The notes under the pieces were generated by a model. That model saw only the letters and a list, made by a program, of their open reading frames with translations, was not told where the DNA came from and searched no databases. From contig JAGXAZ010000002.1 in the NCBI GenBank assembly GCA_018971365.1, positions 1-42,349 on the forward strand: a DNA stretch of 42,349 nt, read 5' to 3'. Origin of the DNA: Gammaproteobacteria bacterium (lineage in GTDB: Bacteria > Pseudomonadota > Gammaproteobacteria > Natronospirales > REEB76). Shown in pieces: positions 32,796 through 42,270 of the stretch. Made by a program: the position numbers and the translations under genes. The stretch's first letter is position 1, and every line of letters starts with the position of its first letter.

Positions 32796-34796
32796 TCACA
32801 ATTTTGAAGGTGGCGGCGGAGGTGGCGGCGGCGTCATGCGCGACGGCCGGATTTCCGCAAACCGCAGCCGCAAGCCCAGTTCCACCGTACGGTCCGGAGG
32901 AATCTGGTAGAAGTCCGTGGCGCGGATGGCATTGCGCGACATGTACGAGAACAGCCTTTCGCGCCATGCCATCATCGTGGGCATGTTGCGCGTGGGCACC
33001 AGCGTTTCGCGGCCGATGTAGTAGGTGGTGGTCTCGGGGTCAATGTTGAGGCCAAAATCCCGCGCACGCCGCAGCGCCTGCGGCACATTGGGAATCTGCA
33101 TGAAACCGTAATGGGCAAGCACGCGGTAAAAGCCCAGTTCCAGCCGCTCCACCTGCAGGCGGCGCTGCGGATGCACGAACGGCACATCTTCGGTGAGCAC
33201 CGTGAGCAGCACCACCTGCTCGTGCAGCACCTGATTGTGCTCCAGGTGGTGCTGCAGCATGGGCGGCGTGCCGAGATTGGGCGCGGTCATGAAAATCCCG
33301 GTGCCGGGCACGCGCACCGGCTGCAGACTGCGGATGTGATCCAGAAACGCATCCAGCGGCTGGGTACTGGCGCGCAGCCGGTCAATCAGGTTCTGCCGTC
33401 CGGTGGCCCAGGTGGTCATGATGGTGAAGCCCACGAGTCCGACCAGCAGCGGAAACCAGCCGCCATCCCAGATCTTGAAAATGTTGGCGAGGAAGTAAAC
33501 AAAATCCACGATGAGAAAACCGCCGATGATCGGCGCCACCACCACCATGGGCCAGCGCCAGTGCTCGCGCATGACGAGAAACAGCAGCATGGTCGTGAGC
33601 AGCATCGTGGAACTCACCGCCACGCCGTAGGCCGCCGCGAGGTGTTCTGAACTCTTGAATCCGAGCACGATCAGGATCGTGGTGATGGCCAGTATCCAGT
33701 TGAGCGAGGGAATGTAAATCTGGCCTTCCCTGTCCGCCGAGGTGCGCACGATGGTCAGGCGCGGGCTTTGTCCGAGCTGAATGGCCTGGCTCATGAGCGA
33801 GAACGCACCGGAGATCACCGCCTGCGACGCAATCACCGCGGCGGCGGTGGCCAGCGCCACCATGGGATACAGGAACCAGGACGGTGCAAGATTGTAGAAG
33901 GGTTGCGCCACGGTCTGGCCGGGATACGCCAGAATCGCGGCCGCCTGGCCGAAGTAATTCAGCAGCAGCGCCGGCATCACGTAGAAAAACCACGAAAAGC
34001 GTATCGGCGCCTTGCCGAAATGCCCGACGTCGGCATACAGCGCTTCCGCACCGGTGACGCACAGGAACACCGCGCCCAGCACCACGATGTCGGCGAAACC
34101 GTGATGGAAAATAAAATCCAGCGCATACGCGGGGTTTATGGCCACCAGTACCGCCGGATACTCGATGATGGCAATCAGGCCCAGCAGCCCGATGACCACG
34201 AACCAGATCACCATGATCGGCCCGAATATAAAACCCACGCGCCGGGTGCCGTTCTTCTGGAACAGGAACAGCAGCAACAGCACGATTACGGTGACCGCGA
34301 TGATCACCGAGCGGCTGATCGTCGGGGTCGCGACCTGCAGGCCTTCCATGGCGCTCAACACCGAAATCGCCGGCGTGAGCATGCCGTCCCCGTACAGCAG
34401 CGCGGCCCCGAACACCCCGATCGCGACCAGCACGCGCGAGCGCTTGCTGCGGCGCAGGCGCCAGGGATCCAGCAGCGACAACAGCGCCAGGATGCCGCCT
34501 TCGCCCTTGTTGTCGGCGCGCATCACGAACAACTGGTACTTGATGCACACGATGATGATGATCGTCCACAGCACCAGCGACACCACGCCGAGCACGTTTT
34601 CCGGCGTCATGCTGAGTCCATAGCCGCCGGAAAACGCGCTCGACATTACGTACAACGGACTGGTACCGATGTCGCCGAATACCACCCCCAAGGCGCCGAG
34701 ACTCAGGCCCAGCAAACGTTTGCGGTGCGCAGCGTCGCCGTTGGCGATACCGGGTCGCAGGCCGTGGGTGGCGTTGTATGATTCCGGCTTGTGCAC
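32796..34796 (-). CDS. kup: KUP/HAK/KT-family potassium uptake protein Kup
   Basis: 666 aa with a GTG start. LSLGALGVVFGDIGTSPLYV, 12 TM helices, cytoplasmic C-domain. About 18 extra N-terminal residues relative to E. coli Kup, and a C-terminal extension ending TPPPPPPPPSKL. Confidence 0.9.
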   Translation of the reverse strand: MHKPESYNATHGLRPGIANGDAAHRKRLLGLSLGALGVVFGDIGTSPLYVMSSAFSGGYGLSMTPENVLGVVSLVLWTIIIIVCIKYQLFVMRADNKGEGGILALLSLLDPWRLRRSKRSRVLVAIGVFGAALLYGDGMLTPAISVLSAMEGLQVATPTISRSVIIAVTVIVLLLLFLFQKNGTRRVGFIFGPIMVIWFVVIGLLGLIAIIEYPAVLVAINPAYALDFIFHHGFADIVVLGAVFLCVTGAEALYADVGHFGKAPIRFSWFFYVMPALLLNYFGQAAAILAYPGQTVAQPFYNLAPSWFLYPMVALATAAAVIASQAVISGAFSLMSQAIQLGQSPRLTIVRTSADREGQIYIPSLNWILAITTILIVLGFKSSEHLAAAYGVAVSSTMLLTTMLLFLVMREHWRWPMVVVAPIIGGFLIVDFVYFLANIFKIWDGGWFPLLVGLVGFTIMTTWATGRQNLIDRLRASTQPLDAFLDHIRSLQPVRVPGTGIFMTAPNLGTPPMLQHHLEHNQVLHEQVVLLTVLTEDVPFVHPQRRLQVERLELGFYRVLAHYGFMQIPNVPQALRRARDFGLNIDPETTTYYIGRETLVPTRNMPTMMAWRERLFSYMSRNAIRATDFYQIPPDRTVELGLRLRFAEIRPSRMTPPPPPPPPSKL

Positions 34797-34820
34797 TCAG
34801 GGCCTCGCCCGTCCGGTATT

Positions 34821-34862
34821 CCCAAAACACAACCGGCCGGTCTCATGCGAGCACCAGCCGGT
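34821..34862 (-). terminator. Terminator/attenuator-like hairpin between tRNA-Glu and kup
   Basis: The reverse strand reads ACCGGCTGGT-gctcgcatgag-ACCGGCCGGT (10-bp stem including one G-U), followed by tgtgTTTTggg. It lies 138 nt after tRNA-Glu and ends 24 nt before the kup GTG. Confidence 0.45.
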
Positions 34863-35000
34863 ATTCCCTGATGGATCGTTGCTGAAGATTTCTGCGGCGC
34901 TAGCGCCCGGTTTTGTATAGTTTCGGGCGCGCATTGTACGCCCAATATCACGGCGTGCCAGGCGACCGGATTTCGTCGAGTGCTGCCGATACGCAACAAG

Positions 35001-35076
35001 TGGCGTCCCCAGGGGGATTCGAACCCCCGTTACCGCCGTGAAAGGGCGATGTCCTGGGCCTCTAGACGATGGGGAC
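35001..35076 (-). tRNA. tRNA-Glu (anticodon UUC), CCA encoded
   Basis: The reverse strand reads GTCCCCATCGTCTAGAGGCCCAGGACATCGCCCTTTCACGGCGGTAACGGGGGTTCGAATCCCCCTGGGGACGCCA. Cloverleaf checked by hand: 7-bp acceptor stem, anticodon loop CUUUCAC, T-arm GGGGG/CCCCC. Confidence 0.95.
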
Positions 35077-35247
35077 GAGGCGGAAAAACGTCTCCGAAAT
35101 CACCATAAGTCGACGCAAGTGGTGAGCTCGCTTCCGACCAGACTATCAGGCGAAGCATCGCTTTGCCCCGCCGAGTGCACGGACAGGATGTCCGGGCCGG
35201 ACTGCGCGCCATGGACGGCTCTGTGCCACTCTCAATTTGTAAAGATT

Positions 35248-35323
35248 TGGTGGAGCTAGCCGGGATCGAACCGGCGACCTCCTGCATGCCATGCAGGCGC
35301 TCTCCCAGCTGAGCTATAGCCCC
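35248..35323 (-). tRNA. tRNA-Ala (anticodon GGC), CCA encoded
   Basis: The reverse strand reads GGGGCTATAGCTCAGCTGGGAGAGCGCCTGCATGGCATGCAGGAGGTCGCCGGTTCGATCCCGGCTAGCTCCACCA. G3-U70 identity pair present; anticodon loop AUGGCAU. Confidence 0.95.
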
Positions 35324-35381
35324 ACGCGGGGCGCGTATTTTCCGGCCTGCCATGCGCACTGTCAATCAAATCGCTGCTGCG

Positions 35382-36788
35382 TCAGGCATTTGGCGTCCTG
35401 ATCCAAGCGAGCGCTCGATCCAGTCGACGCAGCGTGACATCACGGCCGAGGATTTCCAGCGTCACATCTATGGGCGGTGATACGCCGCCACCGGATACCG
35501 CGACACGCAGCGGTTGTGCAACCTTGCCGAGCTTCACGCAAGCCGTCGCCGCGATGTCGTCCAGAATCGCGTGAACGGCCGTGGCCGACCAGTCACCGGG
35601 CGCGGCCAACCGCGTGCGCAGCGCCTCGAGTGCCGGCAGGGATTCGGCAGTGAGATGCTTGCGCGCCGCTCCGGGTTCGTAGTCGGCAAAATTCCGGAAG
35701 AAGAATTGACTGTTCTCTGCCATCTCCTTGAGCGTCCGGGCGCGTTCCGCCTGCGTGCGCACTACGGCGGCCAGCTTGGCGGCGTCATCCGTCTCGATGC
35801 CCAGACGCGAAAGATGCCAGCGCAACTCGGCCGCAAGCAGCCGCGGATCACAGCTTTTGATGTACTGCTGGTTCAACCACAGGAGCTTCTCGGGATTGAT
35901 GGCCGAGGCCGACTGGTTCACGTCGCCCAGCTCGAAATACCCGATCATCTGCTCACGCGTGAATATTTCCTGGTCGCCGTGCGACCAGCCAAGACGCACC
36001 AGATAATTCAGCAGGGCCGCCGGCAGAATGCCATCCTCGCGGTATTGCATCACGCTCACCGCACCGTGGCGCTTGGAAAGCTTGGTGCCATCCGGGCCCA
36101 GGATCATCGGCAGGTGTGCATACTCGGGCGCCTGCACCCCCAGCGCCTCGAAAATATTGATCTGGCGCGGCGTATTGTTCAGATGATCGTCGCCGCGGAT
36201 TACGTGCGTGATACGCATGTCCATGTCGTCCACCACCACGCTGAAATTGTAGGTGGGCGCACCGTCCGAGCGCTGGATGATGAGATCGTCCAGTTCCGCG
36301 TTGTCGAAGACCACCCGGCCGCGGACCAGATCATTTACCACCGTCTGGCCGGTCTGCGGGTTCTTGAAGCGCACTACCGGTGCGACGCCGGGGCGTGGCT
36401 CATGGTGCTCGCGGCAACGTCCGTCATAACGCGGCTTTTGCTTGCGTGCCAGCTGTGCGGCGCGCATCTGTGCGAGTTCCTCCTTGCTGCAATAGCAGTG
36501 ATATGCATGTCCCGATTGCAGCAGCTGTGCGACTACCTCGCGGTAGCGTGCGAAACGCTGCGTCTGATAGAACGGGCCTTCGTCGGGCCTGAGGTCCAGC
36601 CACGCCATGCCGTCGAGTATTGCCTGCACCGCCTCGGGCGTGGAGCGCTCGCGATCCGTGTCCTCGATGCGCAGCACGAATGCGCCGCCGTGATGACGTG
36701 CGTACAACCAGCAGAACAGCGCGGTGCGCGCGCCGCCGATGTGCAGATAGCCGGTGGGACTCGGAGCGAAGCGGGTGCGGACGGTCAT
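35382..36788 (-). CDS. gltX: Glutamyl-tRNA synthetase GltX
   Basis: 468 aa. MTVRTRFAPSPTGYLHIGGARTALF (HIGH motif), KLSKRHG (KMSKS-type motif), C-terminal anticodon-binding domain. Confidence 0.95.
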   Translation of the reverse strand: MTVRTRFAPSPTGYLHIGGARTALFCWLYARHHGGAFVLRIEDTDRERSTPEAVQAILDGMAWLDLRPDEGPFYQTQRFARYREVVAQLLQSGHAYHCYCSKEELAQMRAAQLARKQKPRYDGRCREHHEPRPGVAPVVRFKNPQTGQTVVNDLVRGRVVFDNAELDDLIIQRSDGAPTYNFSVVVDDMDMRITHVIRGDDHLNNTPRQINIFEALGVQAPEYAHLPMILGPDGTKLSKRHGAVSVMQYREDGILPAALLNYLVRLGWSHGDQEIFTREQMIGYFELGDVNQSASAINPEKLLWLNQQYIKSCDPRLLAAELRWHLSRLGIETDDAAKLAAVVRTQAERARTLKEMAENSQFFFRNFADYEPGAARKHLTAESLPALEALRTRLAAPGDWSATAVHAILDDIAATACVKLGKVAQPLRVAVSGGGVSPPIDVTLEILGRDVTLRRLDRALAWIRTPNA

Positions 36789-36841
36789 GCGGGTAGCGGG
36801 TAATCCATCGAGGCGCGCATCTTACACGCCGGGCGCGTGCC

Positions 36842-38083
36842 TCAGGGGCGGAACTGCAGCAACTGGCCGAGCAGCTTCGCGGTATTGATCTGCTCGCCGC
36901 TCAAGGCCATGGCCAGCAGCTCGCCGCCCAAGAGCTGCGGCGAGAAAATCAAATCCGGGTGCACGCGCTTCACGCTCTCGAGATTGTGCAGGTCACGGAC
37001 CCGCACCACGGTTTTGACCGTGGGCGCAAGCTCGCGCACCGCCAGCACCATAAAAGCGTTCTCGTTGTCGTCTTCGCTCAATGCCAATACCGCTTTCGCC
37101 TGTTCCACCCCGGCTTTGCGCAGCACCTCAAGACTGCTGGGGTTGCCTACCACGATGTCCTGCCCCGCGTGCGTAGCCGATGCGCCTTCTTGCTTGTGAA
37201 TAAAGGTAATCTGCTCATGGCGCGCCTGCAGTTCCCGGCAGGTATAGTCGCCGAGCGCGGTATCACCCACGATCACGAAATGGTTGCTGCGTTGCATCTT
37301 TTTCTCTCCCGGCTTCAGCAGGCTGGCGAGCCTGCCGTTGATGACCGGCACCAGGATGGCGCCCAAGGATACGGCAAAAATCGCCACGGCCAGTACGATG
37401 AATGACACCACGAATAACTTGGCCTCGATGGTCTGCGGCGTGATGTCTCCGTAGCCGACGGTGGTCACGGTGACCACCGAAAAATACAGGGCCGTCGCCA
37501 GATCGGTGATTGGCGGCTTGAATTGCGCACCCAGCTCCAGACTGCCAAATACCGCGTACACCAGCAGCAGGGCGATGCTGGTGACCGCAAACAGGGTGCC
37601 CGCGGCCACGCTGCTGCGCTGGAAGCTGCGATAACTGACCAGCGTCGCGACCAGCAGAATCACGTTGTACACCAGCAGGGTCGAGGAGCTGGCGGACGGT
37701 TTGAGGATGCCGAATATCAGACTGGCCGCAAGGATCAGAATCACGATGACCCAGGCCAGTTTGGAGCGCAGCAGCATGCCGATTGCCATGATGATCAGGA
37801 ACACACCGATCACGACGCCAGGCACGCCACTGGCGGCCGAATACATCAGCGCCGCGGATTGCACCGCATGGGTGTTGCTGAACAGGTGCAGGTGAAGCGC
37901 GCGCGCGATAGCCGGCGAAATTCTCAGCAGGCCGAACAAGGCGATTGCAGCCGCCAGCACCACATGTGGAAACCACAGATCCAGGTGCAAATCGCGCCGC
38001 AGCCGCGCATATGCGCGTCGCACGCGCGGACGGAAACCCGCGTTCAGATGCTTGGCGAAATCCAGGGGACCGGTCATCGGCAA
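36842..38083 (-). CDS. Kch-type potassium channel (6-TM pore domain plus RCK/TrkA-N domain)
   Basis: 413 aa. Selectivity filter TVTTVGYGDITP. Rossmann-type HFVIVGDTALGDY and the rest of an RCK domain. The track start is a TTG at 38083; an ATG lies two codons downstream at 38077. Confidence 0.85.
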   Translation of the reverse strand: MPMTGPLDFAKHLNAGFRPRVRRAYARLRRDLHLDLWFPHVVLAAAIALFGLLRISPAIARALHLHLFSNTHAVQSAALMYSAASGVPGVVIGVFLIIMAIGMLLRSKLAWVIVILILAASLIFGILKPSASSSTLLVYNVILLVATLVSYRSFQRSSVAAGTLFAVTSIALLLVYAVFGSLELGAQFKPPITDLATALYFSVVTVTTVGYGDITPQTIEAKLFVVSFIVLAVAIFAVSLGAILVPVINGRLASLLKPGEKKMQRSNHFVIVGDTALGDYTCRELQARHEQITFIHKQEGASATHAGQDIVVGNPSSLEVLRKAGVEQAKAVLALSEDDNENAFMVLAVRELAPTVKTVVRVRDLHNLESVKRVHPDLIFSPQLLGGELLAMALSGEQINTAKLLGQLLQFRP

Positions 38084-38105
38084 CAGCCGCCGCGTGTAAC
38101 GCGCG

Positions 38106-38768
38106 TTATTTGTAATACCAGTTGAGCGCGGCTTCCAGGCGATTGCCGTTGTTGGTGTGTTCGGCAGAAACCGTGAGCGCCGTCATGCTGCCGCCGAAGA
38201 TCAGGCCGAGGCGCTCGCCAAACGGGCGGCGGCCAAAATCGGTATTGCGCTCGGTAAGAATCGCCGCCGTCAGGCCGACGAAACTCGACAGATGGCTCTG
38301 GAAACCGTAGCTCAGGCGCCAGTAGTAATCACGCGCGCCACCCAGACTTCCGCTCAGTTGGTCACGCAGATACGAGAGGTTGACGTAAAAGGATGTCGAG
38401 GCGTTGTACTGCTGATGGGCGCCGACACCCAGGCCCGCAAGGTCGTGGCTGCCGGGCAGACGGTCGAAATTCAAAGAGTTCCATTCTCCGAAAACGTACA
38501 CCTGATCCGGGAAATCATAGGCGAATCGCAAGCCGTTGCCCGCCGACAGACTGTTGAACGCATAGGATTGCTCGGACAGACGATTGACCTGCAGATAGCT
38601 GTAACTGAACACATCCTGCGACCCCGCGGGCTGCGCCGGCGCCGAGGACTGATCGACGCTCGGTTGCAGCGGCTGGCCCTGCACGGCACTCGTCTGTTGG
38701 GCAATACACACCAGCGGCCAAATCAGTATCAGGCAGGCGCTGCACAATCCTGCAAGTGTCTTCGACAT
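38106..38768 (-). CDS. Secreted hypothetical protein, probably a small outer-membrane beta-barrel
   Basis: 220 aa. Signal MSKTLAGLCSACLILIWPLVCIAQQ, then a Gln/Pro/Ser-rich linker, then alternating aromatic/hydrophobic strands (LRFAYDF, VYVFGEW, FYVNLSY, YYWRLSYGF). Lies between nhaB and the K+ channel gene. Confidence 0.6.
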   Translation of the reverse strand: MSKTLAGLCSACLILIWPLVCIAQQTSAVQGQPLQPSVDQSSAPAQPAGSQDVFSYSYLQVNRLSEQSYAFNSLSAGNGLRFAYDFPDQVYVFGEWNSLNFDRLPGSHDLAGLGVGAHQQYNASTSFYVNLSYLRDQLSGSLGGARDYYWRLSYGFQSHLSSFVGLTAAILTERNTDFGRRPFGERLGLIFGGSMTALTVSAEHTNNGNRLEAALNWYYK

Positions 38769-38841
38769 GTTTCACCTCTTTGATCGTTACCGGTGCACGT
38801 TGGCGGGCCCGGGGCGCATCAGTTTAGCCCATCCGCGGCTG

Positions 38842-40299
38842 TCACACGAGAAACACCATTGCCAGCAGTCCCACCAATGTCAGTACCACGGTGTATGGCA
38901 GCGCCATCCACACCATGCGCAGGTAGGACAGGCGGATCAAGGGCGCGACTCCGGAGGTCAACAGAAACAGGAACGCCGCCTGCCCGTTGGGAGTGGCGAT
39001 ACTCGGTATATTGGTACCGCTGTTGACCGCCACCGCGAGCAGGTCGAATTGTTCCCGGCTGATGTGCTGCGCCGCGAACGCATCCTGCAATTGCTTGATA
39101 TACACTGTGGCAACAAATACGTTGTCGCTTACCGCGGACAAAAGCCCATTGGAAGCGTACAGCAAGGCAAGCTGCACGCGGCCCTCAAAATGCAGCACCC
39201 AATTGATCACCGGCGTAAACAGGCCCGCCTGCTGGATGACCGCCACCACCGCGAAAAATACCACCAGCAGCGCCGCAAACGGCATGGCTTCATGAAAGGC
39301 CTGTCCCAGGCGTTTCTCCTCGGTAACCCCGGTAAATGCGGTCACGGTCAACAGCAATGCCAGGCCGATAAGGCCCACCTCCGCCACATGCAGCGCGAGT
39401 GCCGCAATCAGCAGCACACCGGCGACTGACTGTATCGTGACCACTGCGCGCGTGCGCAGAATCTCGTGCGGTTCACGAGTTTGTGCACGGCCACGCAACA
39501 GTTCCCGCACGCCATCCGGCAACTCCGCACCGTAACCGAACAGCCGCAGCTTCTCGACCAGCACCACGGTGCTCAGTCCCGCGGCAATCACCGGCAGCGC
39601 TACCGGAGTCATGCGCCGCGCGAATTCCACAAAGTGCCACCCCATGATGTCCCCAACCAGCAGGTTCTGCGGCTGACCCACGAGCGTATACACACCGCCC
39701 AGGGTGGTGCCCACGGCCGCATGCATTATGAGACTGCGCAGAAAGGCGCGGAATTGTTCGAGCTCAGCCTCGCCCATGCCCCCGCCACGGGCCTCGTTGG
39801 CCCGCTGATATACCGCAAAAAATCCGCCAATCACCGTAATGACCACGGCAATGACGGTCAAGGCGTCCAGAAACGCCGCGAGAAAGGCCGCTGCCAGGCA
39901 AAAGCTCAGACTGAGCACCCACTTGCGGCGCAGGCCGAGCAGCAGGCGGCTGAAGACCGCAAGCAGCAGATCTTGCATGAAGAAAATGCCGCCCACCATG
40001 AACATCAGCAGCAACAGCACCGGCAGGTTGTATGCCACCTCCTGATAGACGGCGCGCGGGCCGGCCATCCCCATCAACACCGCTTCCAGCGCCAGCAGGC
40101 CGCCGGCCTGCAGCGGATAACACTTGAGCGCCATGGCGAGCGTGAAAATGAATTCCGCGACCAGCACCCAGCCCGCGACGAAACTGCCGACGGTGAGAAA
40201 CAGCACCGGGTTGATGATCAGAAACGCTACGATGCAGAGCTTGTACCAGCCGGGTGCGGCGCCCAGAAACAGGCCGCGAAACGTGTGGAAGCCCGCCAC
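38842..40299 (-). CDS. nhaB: Na+/H+ antiporter NhaB
   Basis: 485 aa with a GTG start. Long stretches match E. coli NhaB as I recall it: VAGWVLVAEFIFTLAMALKCYPL, LLLLMFMVGGIFFM, SLSFCLAAAFLAAFLDALTVIAVV, GTNIPSIATPNGQAAFLFLLTSGVAPLIRLSYLRMVWMALPYT. Confidence 0.9.
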   Translation of the reverse strand: MAGFHTFRGLFLGAAPGWYKLCIVAFLIINPVLFLTVGSFVAGWVLVAEFIFTLAMALKCYPLQAGGLLALEAVLMGMAGPRAVYQEVAYNLPVLLLLMFMVGGIFFMQDLLLAVFSRLLLGLRRKWVLSLSFCLAAAFLAAFLDALTVIAVVITVIGGFFAVYQRANEARGGGMGEAELEQFRAFLRSLIMHAAVGTTLGGVYTLVGQPQNLLVGDIMGWHFVEFARRMTPVALPVIAAGLSTVVLVEKLRLFGYGAELPDGVRELLRGRAQTREPHEILRTRAVVTIQSVAGVLLIAALALHVAEVGLIGLALLLTVTAFTGVTEEKRLGQAFHEAMPFAALLVVFFAVVAVIQQAGLFTPVINWVLHFEGRVQLALLYASNGLLSAVSDNVFVATVYIKQLQDAFAAQHISREQFDLLAVAVNSGTNIPSIATPNGQAAFLFLLTSGVAPLIRLSYLRMVWMALPYTVVLTLVGLLAMVFLV

Positions 40300-40322
40300 C
40301 TTCAGGTTCCCCGGCTACGCAC

Positions 40323-41027
40323 TCAGTCCGACCACAGGCACTTGCCGCCGCTGCGCTTGCGGATGGCGGCAAGACGTTCACGATGCGCCTGAAGTTCCTG
40401 ATCTGACGCACGAATCACGGCCAGGCAGATTCCCTTGCGATCCACGGGCAAAGGCGTGGCGGTCCGTGCGCCGGATTTTCCGGAAGACGCATCCAGGGAC
40501 AGACTGGCTTGCCCGCCGGTCATGGCCAGATACACCTCGGCCAGCAGTTGCGCATCCAGCAACGCACCGTGATATTCGCGCGCGGTATTGTCCACGTGGT
40601 AGCGCTTGCACAAGGCGTCGAGACTGTTCTTCTGACCGGGATGCAGCCCGCGCGCCAGTTCCAGGGTATCCAGGATGCGGCATTGGCGTGTGATGTCCGC
40701 CTGCGCGTCGCCCAGCCGGCGTAATTCGCTGTTGAGAAACGCGATGTCGAACGCCGCGTTGTGTATCACGAGTTCGGCACCCTCGACGAATCTGAGGAAT
40801 TCCGCGGCAATCTGCGCAAACCGCGGTTTGCCGGCCAGAAAATCCTCGCTGAGGTTGTGAACTTCGGCGGCGCCGGCGTCCACGCCGCGCTCGGGATTTA
40901 TATATTGATGAAAATTTCGTTGCGTGATGCGCCGATCAAGCAGTTCCACGCACCCGATCTCGATGATGCGATGGCCCTCGCCCGGTTCCAGGCCGGTGGT
41001 CTCGGTATCCAGCACAATCTGTCTCAT
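40323..41027 (-). CDS. dnaQ: DNA polymerase III epsilon subunit (3'-5' proofreading exonuclease) DnaQ
   Basis: 234 aa. Exo [14 protein letters not shown], Exo [16 protein letters not shown], Exo [18 protein letters not shown]. The start overlaps the rnhA stop (ATGA at 41024-41027). Confidence 0.95.
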   Translation of the reverse strand: MRQIVLDTETTGLEPGEGHRIIEIGCVELLDRRITQRNFHQYINPERGVDAGAAEVHNLSEDFLAGKPRFAQIAAEFLRFVEGAELVIHNAAFDIAFLNSELRRLGDAQADITRQCRILDTLELARGLHPGQKNSLDALCKRYHVDNTAREYHGALLDAQLLAEVYLAMTGGQASLSLDASSGKSGARTATPLPVDRKGICLAVIRASDQELQAHRERLAAIRKRSGGKCLWSD

Positions 41028-41476
41028 ACGTTGCCCGCGACGCTCAACATCTTGTCAATCGCCTCATTGGCGAGCCGGTCCACCTCCTCGTTGTAGGCAT
41101 TTCCGGAATGCCCCCGCACCCAGCGCCACTCGATTGCGTGGCCGGCCGTCGCCTGGTGCAGCGCCTGCCACAGATCCAGATTCTTGACCGGTTTCCTGCC
41201 GGCGGTTTTCCAGCCGCGTGCGCGCCACGCCGGCAGCCACTCGCTGATCCCCTGCTGCACGTATTTGGAATCCGTATAGAGCACGACGCTCGCCGGCCGC
41301 GTGAGCGCCTGCAAGGCAGAAACCGCCGCGGTCAATTCCATGCGATTGTTGGTGGTTTGCGCTGCGCTTCCCCGGAGGATTTTTTCGTGTGCGCCGCTGC
41401 GCAGCACCGCCGCCCACCCGCCCGGACCGGGATTGCCGCGGCAGGCACCGTCTGTATAGATTTCCACCGAGTCCAT
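41024..41476 (-). CDS. rnhA: Ribonuclease HI
   Basis: ORF 41024-41533. I prefer the ATG at 41476 ([25 protein letters not shown]..., aligning with the E. coli RnhA N-terminus), 4 nt after the stop of the upstream methyltransferase. Motifs: [46 protein letters not shown]. Confidence 0.9.
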   Translation of the reverse strand: MDSVEIYTDGACRGNPGPGGWAAVLRSGAHEKILRGSAAQTTNNRMELTAAVSALQALTRPASVVLYTDSKYVQQGISEWLPAWRARGWKTAGRKPVKNLDLWQALHQATAGHAIEWRWVRGHSGNAYNEEVDRLANEAIDKMLSVAGNV

Positions 41477-41480
41477 CCCG

Positions 41481-42188
41481 TCACCGTACTGTTGGATTGG
41501 CCACATCCGCGAATGCGCGTTTGGATGTGGCACGTTTGAGGCGCAACGGAGTTACGCCATACACGCGCTTACATGCCACCAGCATATAGGCGCCGGCGGT
41601 GATGCGCCAGCGCCAATGATCCAGAAATGCACTGCGCACCAGCAGTCCACGTGCAAGTGGTGGACGGAATAGATAGTGACGCACGCTCGCGGTCTCAAAC
41701 CCCAGCACCGCAAGCCATTCACGCAGGCGCCGCACACCCACATAGCGTCCCGCCCACGGCGTCGCAGCACCCACACGCTGCCTCAATGCCCAGCAGCCCC
41801 AGGGGTGAAACCCGAGAACAACCAGGTGCCCCTCGCCGACCATCACACGTTCCGCTTCGCGCAACACGCTATGCGGATCTCGCGCACGTTCCAGCGTGTG
41901 CGGCAACAGCATGGCATCCACCGAATCAGTGGCCAACGGCAAGGCCTCGGGCTCAGTGCGCACCTGCGACGCCGTATCGGGCTCCGGAGCCAGCACAAAC
42001 TGCGTGCGGATCGGGCTGGCATGCAACAAACCTCCAGCGGGACCCCACAGGCCCACCTGCACGAGGAAATAACCGAATATCGTCGGCAGCGCCTCGGCCA
42101 ACACCGCACGCTCCTGCCGCAACAAATACGCACCGGTGCGCTCCGTCAACCAGGAATCCGGCCGCGTCATCATGCTGCAATCCGTCAT
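41481..42188 (-). CDS. Class I SAM-dependent methyltransferase-like protein (the conserved gene between gloB and rnhA)
   Basis: 235 aa. ...[43 protein letters not shown]... Sits in the classic gloB <> methyltransferase-rnhA-dnaQ arrangement. Confidence 0.75.
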   Translation of the reverse strand: MTDCSMMTRPDSWLTERTGAYLLRQERAVLAEALPTIFGYFLVQVGLWGPAGGLLHASPIRTQFVLAPEPDTASQVRTEPEALPLATDSVDAMLLPHTLERARDPHSVLREAERVMVGEGHLVVLGFHPWGCWALRQRVGAATPWAGRYVGVRRLREWLAVLGFETASVRHYLFRPPLARGLLVRSAFLDHWRWRITAGAYMLVACKRVYGVTPLRLKRATSKRAFADVANPTVR

Positions 42189-42270
42189 TTCAGTCCGTCT
42201 CCGACCGCCGGGACACTAGCACAACGCTGTGCAGTTTGGCTGCCGCGGCCGGCTTGGTTACCATGCCCGC

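Noticed and set aside
33382-34830. 482-aa - strand ORF in a different frame from kup.
   Set aside because: It is an out-of-frame overlap of the kup CDS. The translation is Arg/Gly/Pro-rich nonsense, whereas the kup frame carries the GDIGTSPLY signature and TM helices.
35077-35247. Possible third tRNA or tmRNA-like gene in the 171-nt tRNA spacer.
   Set aside because: No T-loop (GTTCRANYC) or acceptor/anticodon stem arrangement is present on either strand; only short isolated hairpins.
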